Of a DNA stretch of 64,000 bases, positions 1 to 9,146 are shown piece by piece; within the stretch, counting starts at the first letter, position 1; every line of letters starts with the position of its first letter. The translations under genes were made by a program, and so were the position numbers. This stretch comes from Candidatus Sungiibacteriota bacterium (GTDB lineage Bacteria > Patescibacteriota > Minisyncoccia > Sungbacterales > HO2-52-23): the NCBI GenBank assembly GCA_016180435.1, contig JACPBG010000001.1, positions 216,006-280,005 of the forward strand, in the 5' to 3' direction. Under the pieces are notes generated by a model. The model had not been told where the DNA came from. It searched no databases and saw nothing but the letters and a program-made list of their open reading frames with translations.

Positions 1-85
1 GGTTAGGTTCATTGCCGCAATGACGTCATTCATTATTGCTCCTTCCACAATGTATTAAATTGAATTATAAACTATTTATTTTAGA

Positions 86-1534
86 ATGTCAAGATTTCTA
101 AAAATATATCTTTATAATACTTTAACCCGCAGAAAAGAAGTATTTCGCCCACTTCACAAAAATTGGGTTGGTTTATATACCTGCGGGCCGACTGTCTATA
201 ACTATGCGCATATTGGAAATCTGCGAACTTATATTTTTGAAGACGTATTGCGGCGCACTCTCGCATATGCCGGATATAAAGTAAAACATGTAATGAATAT
301 TACCGATGTGGGGCATCTGACATCCGATGCGGACGAGGGCGAGGATAAGCTTGAAAAAGAAGCGCAGCAAGAAAAAAAATCCGTCTGGGATATTGCTGAA
401 TTTTATACCAGCGCATTTCTTAACGATATTTTGCGGCTCAATATAAAAAGGGCGGGGGTACTGACTCCGGCGACAAAAAATATCAAACAGCAGATTGCGC
501 TGATTGAAAAACTCTTCCGAACCGGCTTGGCGTATGAGACCACACAAGCGGTCTATTTTAATGTTTCTGAATTCAAGACGTATACAAAATTATCCCGCCA
601 AAGAATTGATGAAAAAATAACTGCCGCGCGCGCCGAAGTTATCCAGGACCCGGAGAAAAGAAATCCCCGCGACTTTGCGCTATGGTTCAAACGCACGGGA
701 AAATTCAAAAACCATGCCCTGCATTGGCCCTCGCCCTGGGGAGACGGATTCCCGGGCTGGCATATTGAATGTTCCGCAATTTCAACCGCATATTTGGGCC
801 AGCCTTTTGATATTCATACCGGCGGCGTTGACCATATCAGCGTCCACCACACCAATGAAATCGCCCAATCCGAAGGGGCATTCGGAAAACCCATGGTTAA
901 ATACTGGATGCACGGCGAATTTCTTCTGCTTGATCAGGCGCGCATGGGAAAATCCGTAGGAAATTTTATCACCTTGGATACGCTGGTTAAAAAAGGCATT
1001 AATCCCCTCGCATTTAGATACCTTGCGCTTGGCGCGCATTACCGTTCCAAATTGAATTTTACTTGGGAATCGCTTAGCGCCGCACAAAATTCGTTGGAGC
1101 GATTATATGATTTCGTTGAACGATTATCAGGACTATTGAGGCGAAACCTCGATAGCGACTATCGAGGTTTCGCCTCAATAGTAAAACCAAGAAAAAATTT
1201 TGAAAAGGCGATATATGACGACCTTGACACTCCTAAAGCGCTTTCGGTTTTGTGGAACTTAATCCGCGACTATAACAAAAAACCCGTGCGCTACCAACCG
1301 CGGGAAGTATTAAAACTGCTTTTTGACTTAGATCAAGTCCTGGGCTTGGGATTAAAAGATGTAAAATCCGAAAAAATTCCCGCAGAAATTCTTCAACTCG
1401 CCGAAAAACGTGAAGCGCTTCGTAAAGAAAAAAAATGGCAGGAAGCGGATCATATACGAAAAAAAATATTAAACGCCGGGTACGAAATTAAAGATTCACC
1501 ACAGGGATCACAAATCAAAGAGCGCCATAATTAA
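86..1534 (+). CDS. cysS: Cysteine--tRNA ligase (class I aminoacyl-tRNA synthetase)
   Basis: 482 aa; N-terminal CGPTVYNYAHIGN (HIGH-type motif), KMGKS (KMSKS-type) motif, typical CysRS length and architecture. Confidence 0.93.
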   Translation: MSRFLKIYLYNTLTRRKEVFRPLHKNWVGLYTCGPTVYNYAHIGNLRTYIFEDVLRRTLAYAGYKVKHVMNITDVGHLTSDADEGEDKLEKEAQQEKKSVWDIAEFYTSAFLNDILRLNIKRAGVLTPATKNIKQQIALIEKLFRTGLAYETTQAVYFNVSEFKTYTKLSRQRIDEKITAARAEVIQDPEKRNPRDFALWFKRTGKFKNHALHWPSPWGDGFPGWHIECSAISTAYLGQPFDIHTGGVDHISVHHTNEIAQSEGAFGKPMVKYWMHGEFLLLDQARMGKSVGNFITLDTLVKKGINPLAFRYLALGAHYRSKLNFTWESLSAAQNSLERLYDFVERLSGLLRRNLDSDYRGFASIVKPRKNFEKAIYDDLDTPKALSVLWNLIRDYNKKPVRYQPREVLKLLFDLDQVLGLGLKDVKSEKIPAEILQLAEKREALRKEKKWQEADHIRKKILNAGYEIKDSPQGSQIKERHN

Positions 1535-1568
1535 AAAGCCGCAAGCAAATTGCCTGCGGTTATTTGAT
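1533..1568. terminator. Bidirectional rho-independent terminator between convergent cysS and lipoprotein gene
   Basis: Hairpin gccgcaagc-aaatt-gcctgcgg flanked by A-run on 5' side and T-run on 3' side. Confidence 0.5.
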
Positions 1569-2138
1569 CTGGCTTAATCCCCGTCCAGCTGCGCCGGAAA
1601 ACGCGCCAGTTATCGGATCAGTAATATATTTTCTCTCTTTTTCGTCAACCACATAGTTATCGGGTATAATCAACCTGACAAACTTGTCATCAAAGAAAAT
1701 CAAATAGGCAATCAGGGACTCTCCGGTTCGCGGAAATGATGCCGAGATCGGAGAATCCAGCACCATGGGGCGGCTAGTCATGACAAGACGTATGGACTTT
1801 ATGCGGGTACGTTCCATCTTATCGCGGTGATCTTCAGCCGCTTCGGGAGTTGAGGCAATAATTTGCAGGCTCCCGTAAAGAAGCTCTTGCTTCTCTTTGG
1901 CCATTAAGACATCGCCCACATTGGGGGTTTTACGGGTGATATTCAGCTGTTTCATAACTTCCACATATGGGGTGTCTTTAGTGATAGCGTTTAGCTTACT
2001 CACGAGTTTATCGGCATTATCGGCAACTCCCGTAGGGATAATCTGGGTTTTGTTGAGCGGTATGCTTAATCCGCCGCATCCTGCCAATACTAAAGCCAGA
2101 TTAAATATTGCCCCCGCCAAAAGTGTATTATTACTCAT
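1560..2138 (-). CDS. Putative lipoprotein (signal peptide with LAGC lipobox)
   Basis: N-terminus MSNNTLLAGAIFNLALVLAGCGG fits SPII lipobox; no other recognisable domain. Confidence 0.5.
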   Translation of the reverse strand: MSNNTLLAGAIFNLALVLAGCGGLSIPLNKTQIIPTGVADNADKLVSKLNAITKDTPYVEVMKQLNITRKTPNVGDVLMAKEKQELLYGSLQIIASTPEAAEDHRDKMERTRIKSIRLVMTSRPMVLDSPISASFPRTGESLIAYLIFFDDKFVRLIIPDNYVVDEKERKYITDPITGAFSGAAGRGLSQIK

Positions 2139-2278
2139 TGAACCTCTGTTGAAAAAGAACGTTATTTATGTGTAACATTTCCTACAGAATATTGCAATAT
2201 CCGAATAAATAACAACCCACAGGTTTTCCCATATCCTCCCACTTGTCAACGGTTTTTGACCTGACGTATGCTTAATAT

Positions 2279-3649
2279 ATGCCTCAAATCTCCACCCAAA
2301 ATCCTATTGAGCTTCGCATGCCGCCCCAAAACGTAGAGGCGGAAATGTCGGCTTTGGGATCGCTTATGCTTGACCGCGACGCAATTTTTAAAGTCGCGGA
2401 TTTTTTAAAGCCGCATGATTTTTATAAATCCGCACACCGCGAAATTTACGAGGCGATGCTCGACATTTTCAATCACCGCGAGCCGATTGACGTTTTATCG
2501 GTTACGGCGCGGCTTCGTGAAAAAGGAAAATTGGAGGAAGTTGGGGGATCCGCCTATATCACGAGTTTAGTGAATGTGGTTCCCACCGCCACCCACGTGG
2601 CGCATTACGCTTCAATTGTAAGAAAGAAGCGCCTACTCCGCGATTTAATTGAGGCATCCAGCCATATTGCACAGCTCGGGTACAAGGAGGCGGAGGATGT
2701 TGAACAATTGATCGATGAGGCGGAACAGAAAATATTCGGCATATCGCGCGACTCTCTGCGCCAGGAATTTTTTCTGATAAAAGATGCACTGGAAGAGGCC
2801 TGGGAACGCATTGAAAAAATCCATAACAGCCGCGACGCCCTGCGCGGAGTTACCACGGGCTTTAAAGAACTTGATTCAATCCTGGGGGGCTTGCAAAAAT
2901 CGGACTTGGTCGTGCTGGCTTCGCGCCCGAGTTTAGGAAAAACATCGCTGGCTCTGGATATTTCACGCAATGCCGCGCGAGCCAAACACGCGGTCGGCGT
3001 ATTTAGCTTAGAAATGTCCAAAGAACAGCTGGTGGACCGCTTAATCGCCAGCGAGGCCGCAGTAGACCTTTGGCGCCTGCGCACCGGACATTTAAATCAG
3101 CACGGCGATGGAAATGATTTCTCACGATTGCAAAGCGCTTTATCCACTCTATCGGAACTTCCCCTGTATCTGGACGATACGCCATCCCCCACCGTAATGG
3201 AGCTTCGCGCCAAAGCCAGGCGGCTGCAATCCGAAAAAAAACTTGAACTGGTGGTAATTGATTACCTTCAGCTAATTAAAGGTTATGGAAGCCCGGAGTC
3301 GCGAGTGCAGGAGGTATCGGAAATTTCTCGCTCCCTCAAGGCCATGGCCAAAGAGTTAAATGTGCCGGTGCTTGCTCTTTCCCAGTTATCGCGCGGAGTT
3401 GAAATGAGGCCCTCGGCCATTCCCAAACTTTCGGATTTACGCGAAAGTGGAAGCATTGAGCAGGATGCGGACGTGGTCATGTTTATTTACCGCGAAGATA
3501 AAGTCAAAGAAAACAGCGAACGTAAAAACATCGCCGAAATCCGCGTGGAAAAACACAGGAATGGCCCCACCGGCAAAATTGAACTGTATTTCCACGAAGA
3601 AACCGCCTCATTCCGCTCTCTTGAAAAACATATGGAGGAACTTATATAA
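2279..3649 (+). CDS. dnaB: Replicative DNA helicase DnaB
   Basis: 456 aa; DnaB N-terminal domain (NVEAEMSALGSLMLD), Walker A GxxxxGKT (SRPSLGKTS), C-terminal RecA-like motifs (DYLQLI, ESGSIEQDADVV). Confidence 0.93.
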   Translation: MPQISTQNPIELRMPPQNVEAEMSALGSLMLDRDAIFKVADFLKPHDFYKSAHREIYEAMLDIFNHREPIDVLSVTARLREKGKLEEVGGSAYITSLVNVVPTATHVAHYASIVRKKRLLRDLIEASSHIAQLGYKEAEDVEQLIDEAEQKIFGISRDSLRQEFFLIKDALEEAWERIEKIHNSRDALRGVTTGFKELDSILGGLQKSDLVVLASRPSLGKTSLALDISRNAARAKHAVGVFSLEMSKEQLVDRLIASEAAVDLWRLRTGHLNQHGDGNDFSRLQSALSTLSELPLYLDDTPSPTVMELRAKARRLQSEKKLELVVIDYLQLIKGYGSPESRVQEVSEISRSLKAMAKELNVPVLALSQLSRGVEMRPSAIPKLSDLRESGSIEQDADVVMFIYREDKVKENSERKNIAEIRVEKHRNGPTGKIELYFHEETASFRSLEKHMEELI

Positions 3650-3650
3650 A

Positions 3651-3797
3651 ATTATTCTAATTGTTCTAATTAACCTAATTGTTCTAATCAATGACCATAA
3701 AAAATGTCTAATGACCAAAACTATTTTAGATATTTAGACATTCGCAAAATTGGGATTTAATTAGGTAAATTAGAATAATTAGGTTAATTAGAATAAT
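3651..3797. repeat. AT-rich palindromic intergenic element E1 built from TTCTAAT / ATTAGAA heptamer arrays
   Basis: Left half attattctaattgttctaattaacctaattgttctaat; right half aattaggtaaattagaataattaggttaattagaataatt is its inverted counterpart; near-identical copy at 5158-5299. Confidence 0.8.
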
Positions 3798-3806
3798 TTT
3801 TATTTC

Positions 3807-4433
3807 TTGTACCCAGCGCCTATTCAAAAATTAATTGACCTGTTCACCAAATTTCCCGGCATTGGTCCCCGACAAGCCACTCGCTTTGTTTTTTTTATGC
3901 TGAAAAATCGTGCCCTTATACCCGATTTGCGGCAGGGATTGGCGGATTTGGATAGAAAAATCGCTTTTTGCCCGCTATGCTATCGGGCGCTTGAACAAAA
4001 TGGCGAAAAAGGCGCGTACTGTATGCTATGCCGCGACACCAAACGGAATAGCCGACAAATCGCCGTGGTGGAAAAAGAAGCGGATTTGCAAAATTTAGAA
4101 AAAACCGGATCATATTCCGGCCTTTATCATGTCTTAAGCGGACTCATTGCGCCGCTTGATCCAAATTCTCCAAAGGGTTTGCATTTAAAAGAATTGCACG
4201 AGCGGGTCAATAATCTACTGGAAAAAGAGAGGAAATGTGAGATTATTTTGGCAACCGGAACCACAACCGAAGGCGACATGACCGCGCTTTATATTGAACG
4301 AATCCTAGCGCCTTTGAAAAACAAATTTCCGGAACTTAAAATCTCGCGCCTAGGCCGAGGACTCTCACTCGGCTCCGAACTTGAATATGCGGATGAAGTA
4401 ACCCTGAAAAACGCCTTAACGAACAGGAAATGA
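3807..4433 (+). CDS. recR: Recombination protein RecR
   Basis: 208 aa; HhH N-terminus (FPGIGPRQATR), C4 zinc finger CPLC...CMLC, Toprim region. Confidence 0.9.
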   Translation: MYPAPIQKLIDLFTKFPGIGPRQATRFVFFMLKNRALIPDLRQGLADLDRKIAFCPLCYRALEQNGEKGAYCMLCRDTKRNSRQIAVVEKEADLQNLEKTGSYSGLYHVLSGLIAPLDPNSPKGLHLKELHERVNNLLEKERKCEIILATGTTTEGDMTALYIERILAPLKNKFPELKISRLGRGLSLGSELEYADEVTLKNALTNRK

Positions 4434-4482
4434 AGGAATAATATAGCTACTTAAAATTATACTTTTCTGATTAGCAGCTTTT

Positions 4483-5157
4483 CTATCCGTACACCGGGGA
4501 CTCGCGGTAAATACAGTACTCGCAATTTTGATGGGCTTTGGGAATCGGGCCGGTAACGATTTCGCGGACTCTTTTTAAAACCGAGATGCCACGCGATGGA
4601 GAAACATCCATTTTGATAAGTTCGGTCTTAAAATCCGCCGCACCCATGCCGTATGACGTTGGCCAGAAAAATAATAAATATCCGTATTCTGCCGGAGGCA
4701 TTTTATTTTCGCGGAAAAGCAAAGCATATAAATCAAGCTGGGTGCGGTAATGTTCATGCGTATCCTCTTTGGTCGGATAACCGCGGGTTTTGAAATCAAA
4801 CGGCACAAACTTTCCGTCAGGCGCAATTAACAAATCGTCAATCGCGCCGCGAAGCACAATATCAAGGTCCGGAAATTTTGCCCCAAGACCCCCGCGGCCA
4901 AAATCTACTTCACGCCATTTATTAAATTCGGCCAAATTTTCATTATAAAGCCGGCCATCCGCTTTTCCATCAATCTCCGGAGGCAATTCGCCGCGTTTCC
5001 GATATTCGTCAAAATATTTTTTGAAAACATTATCCATTCCGTCCGGAAGCGACGGATAGGCGCCGCGCGGGCGCTTTTTATTTTCATTCATCTGCAGCCA
5101 AAGACAGCGCGGACATTCCAATAAATAACTTGTACCGGATGGAGAAACTTTAATCAC
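4483..5157 (-). CDS. Cas4/RecB-family PD-(D/E)xK nuclease with putative Fe-S cysteines (stand-alone)
   Basis: Motifs IDDLLIAPDGKFVPFDFK (D..D/ExK), QLDLYALL (QxxxY), Cys pairs CPRC (N-term) and CEYC (C-term). Start uncertain: track start at 5199 is TTG inside repeat E2; GTG at 5157 or ATG at 5091 are alternatives. Confidence 0.55.
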   Translation of the reverse strand: MIKVSPSGTSYLLECPRCLWLQMNENKKRPRGAYPSLPDGMDNVFKKYFDEYRKRGELPPEIDGKADGRLYNENLAEFNKWREVDFGRGGLGAKFPDLDIVLRGAIDDLLIAPDGKFVPFDFKTRGYPTKEDTHEHYRTQLDLYALLFRENKMPPAEYGYLLFFWPTSYGMGAADFKTELIKMDVSPSRGISVLKRVREIVTGPIPKAHQNCEYCIYRESPVYG

Positions 5158-5299
5158 AATTATTCTAATTACTCTAATTGCTCTAATTATTCTAATCAAA
5201 TCCTAATGACAAAATGTCTAAAAACTTTAGGAAATAGGCATTCAAATCATTGAGGTTTTTTAGGTTAATTAGGTCAATTAGAATAATTAGGTTAATTTA
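5158..5299. repeat. AT-rich palindromic intergenic element E2 (second copy of E1 family)
   Basis: aattattctaattactctaattgctctaattattctaatc ... aatgtctaa ... ttaggttaattaggtcaattagaataattaggttaatt; collinear with E1 at 3651-3797. Confidence 0.8.
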
Positions 5300-5747
5300 A
5301 TAGGCCCTTTATTTCCTTCAAAATACTATCCGGCACCGGATCACGCTCGGGCGCATGCCCGGGATAGCGCCAAGCGGTTATCACTTTAATTCGTTTAGGT
5401 TTGGGAATTGGAAATTGAGAATTGGAAATTCCTCGCACGGCCGTTACCATATACATAACCCATATTTCGGAATATTTCTTTCCTTCTGCCGGAGACATAG
5501 CAGCAATAGCGCGAGGCAATATCCCCTCCTCCGCCCGCGCCGGATGACGAATCACCCGTTTAATCCGCGATTCAGTCAAACGATAATGCCGCATTTTCAT
5601 ACGCGAGTGCTGAGTCCAAATATATTTATCACTCCATCCTCCTGAATGTCCCACGGTCTTGATACGAGAATGAAGAATTTTCTTCAATCTTTCTCGCGGG
5701 GTCCAATATTCCGCGCGAAGACGGGGGAATTTATCCACAGATATCAT
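5292..5747 (-). CDS. Hypothetical protein, DUF4258-like motif (possible toxin-like small protein)
   Basis: WTQHSRMKMRHYRLTESRIKRVIRHP resembles the DUF4258 T-x-H-A-x-E-R-M-x-E-R-x-I signature; contains in-frame simple repeat at 5401-5436. Confidence 0.35.
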   Translation of the reverse strand: MISVDKFPRLRAEYWTPRERLKKILHSRIKTVGHSGGWSDKYIWTQHSRMKMRHYRLTESRIKRVIRHPARAEEGILPRAIAAMSPAEGKKYSEIWVMYMVTAVRGISNSQFPIPKPKRIKVITAWRYPGHAPERDPVPDSILKEIKGLLN

Positions 5748-5800
5748 AACTAAACTTTATCACCGCAAACAAAGAAAAACAAATTAAAAACTCCATAAAA

Positions 5801-7387
5801 TCAAATTTTTATGGAGTCAAGATCAAACTCGCGATTTTGGATCATTAAAACAAGCTTCTCCAGGTCCTCATCCAGCGGACGATCCTTGCCGACAAAAGCA
5901 ACTTTGCTCCTAACCTTTTCATAGATTTTTCTGGTTCTCGGGTCAAGTTTTGCCGGATCGCGTCCGCTCCGAAGATCAGCGGCCTGCGTAACCGTAAGTA
6001 AAGTAATCGCAAGCAGCATTGTCAGCGCTTCGTTCAAAGCAAGCGCCTGACGAGCGGCGCCAAAACCAAAACTGACAATATCCTGATTCATAGATTCGGT
6101 CGCGCGGCGGAGCGGCGCATATGGCTGCGCCAGAAACTTAGCCTCTCCATATACATCGGTTCCACAAAGACCTACGCCCTTGAGTCCGCTATTGAATCCC
6201 GGCTCTTCTCCAGCTAAGCTCGGCGGAAGACCTTCATTGAGCCGCGCATCCAAAATCCGCTCTTTCACGGCGAACATCAAATCCGCAACCAAACCCATTT
6301 GCTGTTTCAAACGGTCCATTGCGTCCGCGATGTCAAACCCCGAGAAATTTCCAGTATGATGAATCTTCTTTTCTTCAAAATTAACCACAGGATTATCGTT
6401 GGCCGAGTTCATCTCGCACATGATTACCTTTTTAATTTCCCTGAGAGCGGTAAGCACCGGACTGAAAACGTGCGGAGAACACCGTTGCGAATATGCTTTC
6501 TGGGTATCCACCACGTTAGTAAGAACGCCTGCCTTAACCGATCGTTCCACCTGCGCACGCAATTCATCAATATCTTTGGTAAGTGCGCTTCCTTCAAGAA
6601 GAAGACGCAGGTCGCGGGCAGCTATTTGCTGTCCGGGATGTGGTTTCACACTATGTACAAAAGGATGAAGAGAATCGGTAATACCCTCCGATGCCTCAAA
6701 GGAAAGCGCGGTACACGCCAAAGCAAGTTTTACAAAATAACATGCGTCGTACCAGGCAAAGGCGGCCATGGAAGTCATGGCAGATGTTCCATTCACCAAA
6801 GAGAGACCTTCTTTTTCACGAAGCACCAACGGTTCCAGACGCAGTTCACACAAAACATCGGCAGTTTCTCGTATGCGGCCTTGATACCATGCTTTCCCGC
6901 TACCGCGCACAACCGCTGCAAGTGCCGCCAGCGGAACCAGATCTCCGCTGGCGCCAACCGATCCATAGCGATGGATTATAGGAAGAACGTCGCAGTTAAG
7001 TAATTGAATAATCCGCAAAACCTTATCAGGTCCGATTGCCGAACATCCCTCGTGCAAAATGGCGTTTACGCGAAGAAGCATTATACCCCGCACAATTTCC
7101 GGATGGATTAACCTGCCAATACCGCAAGAGAGCGAATTGATCAAATTTTCCTGAAAAGGGATCCGTTTCTCTTCCGGAATAACAATGTTGTCATTTGCGC
7201 CAACAGCCAGACGGTCACCGTACATACGAATATCGCTTGCCAAATAAAACGCCCTGCTTCTTATGAGTTTCTGTACCGCCTCCGAATCTTTGGGAAGATA
7301 TACGGCCCTTCGCCCTCGAGCAACGAGAATCAATTTTTCAATCGTCAAACTTTCTCCATCCACAATGACAGGCGATAAATTCTTCAT
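5801..7387 (-). CDS. MIO-dependent aromatic amino acid ammonia-lyase/aminomutase family (HAL/PAL/TAL-like)
   Basis: 528 aa; MIO-forming Ala-Ser-Gly triad in GSVGASGDLVPLA; global HAL/PAL architecture; selectivity positions read S-L (NSLSCGIG) rather than HAL S-H. Confidence 0.85.
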   Translation of the reverse strand: MKNLSPVIVDGESLTIEKLILVARGRRAVYLPKDSEAVQKLIRSRAFYLASDIRMYGDRLAVGANDNIVIPEEKRIPFQENLINSLSCGIGRLIHPEIVRGIMLLRVNAILHEGCSAIGPDKVLRIIQLLNCDVLPIIHRYGSVGASGDLVPLAALAAVVRGSGKAWYQGRIRETADVLCELRLEPLVLREKEGLSLVNGTSAMTSMAAFAWYDACYFVKLALACTALSFEASEGITDSLHPFVHSVKPHPGQQIAARDLRLLLEGSALTKDIDELRAQVERSVKAGVLTNVVDTQKAYSQRCSPHVFSPVLTALREIKKVIMCEMNSANDNPVVNFEEKKIHHTGNFSGFDIADAMDRLKQQMGLVADLMFAVKERILDARLNEGLPPSLAGEEPGFNSGLKGVGLCGTDVYGEAKFLAQPYAPLRRATESMNQDIVSFGFGAARQALALNEALTMLLAITLLTVTQAADLRSGRDPAKLDPRTRKIYEKVRSKVAFVGKDRPLDEDLEKLVLMIQNREFDLDSIKI

Positions 7388-7468
7388 ATGTCCTCCTTGT
7401 CAAAGGACGTATTTTCTATCCCCATGTAACCACTGTCTGTTTACACAGTCAAATGCGTGTATATAAAA

Positions 7469-7501
7469 TAAAAAGGCCAAGGCAAAACCTCGGCTTTTTT
7501 T
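7469..7501. terminator. Hairpin with flanking A/T runs (bidirectional terminator; serves minus-strand CoA ligase gene)
   Basis: aaaaa-ggccaaggcaaaacctcggc-ttttttt. Confidence 0.5.
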
Positions 7502-7502
7502 C

Positions 7503-9107
7503 TTATTTTTCGTCTGCCTTTTTCATTTGCAGATCGAGTGATAAATCTATCAGTTTGCGAAGTTCATGCTTCAAAACAGTTCCTTTGGCGGCTTTAGGCA
7601 ATTCATTCACAAATTGAACCCGGCGGATTGCGGAATAACCCGAAAGTTTTTCATGGCTCATCCTCATCACATCTTCCTCGGTCAAGGCCGCATCCGCGCG
7701 CACCACAAATGCATACGGAATTTCTCCTTTATCTTGGTCCGGACATCCTATAACAGCAATCTCGCTTATTCGATCTCCGAAATACCGCAACATCACATCC
7801 TCGATTTCCTTGGGCCATACAGCAAAACCGCTCACCTTCATCATATCATCTTGACGGTCAATAATCCGAAGATGACTTTCATCAAGCACCCCGATATCTC
7901 CGGTAAAAAGCCAGCCCTTGCGAATCCTTTCCTGTGTGGCCTTGGGATTCCGGAAATATCCTTTAAAAACATTAGGCCCTCGAATGATCACCTCGCCCCG
8001 TTTGCCGTCTTGCGTAATTCGTCTGCCGGATTTATCTACCAAACGCACCTCAACGTTTTCAATCGGCTCTCCTACGCTGTCATAACGGTATCCGGACTTA
8101 ACGTCGGCATTGTAGGTCGCAAAAGGAGTGCTCTCGGTTAGGCCGTATCCCATATAAATTTTCCGGCTGAATTTATCATGCCAAGCCCGGGCAGTTTCCG
8201 GAGCAAGCGGCGCTCCGGCGGAAAAAAAATAGCGCACCGAATTAAATGAATCCACATCATTCATACGCAATAATTTTTCATATCCCACCGGAACATGAAA
8301 AAACATGGAAACCCGATTGTCTTGAAGCGACTTGAGTATTTCCGGCGGATTGAACCGCGGGTGCAGTACCAGAGTTGCTCCGGCGTTGAAAGTCGCATTC
8401 ATAATGAAATTCTGACCAAAACAATGAAAAAGCGGCAAAAAACAAATAGCCACATCCTCGGAAGTCATGCCGGTGTGATGAACCGTGGCATTGATATTTG
8501 ACATCACGTTGCCGTGCGTCAACACCGCGCCCTTTCTTCGACCGGTGGTTCCGCTGGTAAGCAGTATGAGCGCAGGGTCTGACGGATCAAGGTCCTGCAA
8601 CGGAGCATAATCCGTGCAAACACCGATTTTTTCCACCTGATAAATCGGCAACACGCCGCCTAAAATAGACGCCTCGCCCCACAAATTTTCATCGGCAACA
8701 AGCACCCTGGGCTTGAGAAAATCAACGTATTCTTTAAGCTCATCGCCTTTCATAGCGGATGAAAGTAATACCGGAACCGCGCCAATCCGCCAAGCCGCAT
8801 AATTTACAACAGGGTACCAAACGTTATTGGTAAGAAAAACCCCGACTCTATCATTTTTCTTAACTCCCCACGATTTCAGTTCCCCGCTGAAAAGACATGC
8901 CAATTCGTGAAGTTCGGCATAGGAAATATGACAATATATCGGTATGCTTTCAGCGGATGTCGCGGGTTCAGTTACCGCAACTTTATTTCCGAAATAACGC
9001 TCGGCTTTCTCCAAAACCGAAAATATGTTCATGATTGCGCCTCCAAAAGAAATATTTTCAACGAACACTCGGATTATATCAATCACGAATTTGTTGTCAA
9101 ACCGCAA
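7503..9107 (-). CDS. AMP-dependent acyl-CoA synthetase/ligase (ANL superfamily; 4-coumarate/cinnamate-CoA-ligase-like)
   Basis: 534 aa; AMP-binding motif LTSGTTGRRKGAVLTHGN, YRTGD-like FTGDIG, C-terminal lysine region PKAAKGTVLKHEL. Confidence 0.85.
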   Translation of the reverse strand: MRFDNKFVIDIIRVFVENISFGGAIMNIFSVLEKAERYFGNKVAVTEPATSAESIPIYCHISYAELHELACLFSGELKSWGVKKNDRVGVFLTNNVWYPVVNYAAWRIGAVPVLLSSAMKGDELKEYVDFLKPRVLVADENLWGEASILGGVLPIYQVEKIGVCTDYAPLQDLDPSDPALILLTSGTTGRRKGAVLTHGNVMSNINATVHHTGMTSEDVAICFLPLFHCFGQNFIMNATFNAGATLVLHPRFNPPEILKSLQDNRVSMFFHVPVGYEKLLRMNDVDSFNSVRYFFSAGAPLAPETARAWHDKFSRKIYMGYGLTESTPFATYNADVKSGYRYDSVGEPIENVEVRLVDKSGRRITQDGKRGEVIIRGPNVFKGYFRNPKATQERIRKGWLFTGDIGVLDESHLRIIDRQDDMMKVSGFAVWPKEIEDVMLRYFGDRISEIAVIGCPDQDKGEIPYAFVVRADAALTEEDVMRMSHEKLSGYSAIRRVQFVNELPKAAKGTVLKHELRKLIDLSLDLQMKKADEK

Positions 9108-9146
9108 TACTTATGCTAATGTTTCCCCAAGTAAAAGAGGGGTTTT

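Noticed and set aside
3651-5299. CRISPR array from the regularly spaced TTCTAAT/AATTAGA repeats
   Set aside because: Repeat units are only 7-8 nt, contiguous or separated by 1-4 nt, arranged as inverted blocks, with no spacer-sized unique segments and no cas genes; not a CRISPR array
6299-7003. Plus-strand ORFs (6299-7003, 6399-6668, 6691-6981) inside the ammonia-lyase gene and other antisense ORFs (e.g. 173-547, 7566-8141, 34439-35149, 40922-41542)
   Set aside because: Lie entirely within well-supported genes on the opposite strand and have low-complexity or biased composition; treated as spurious
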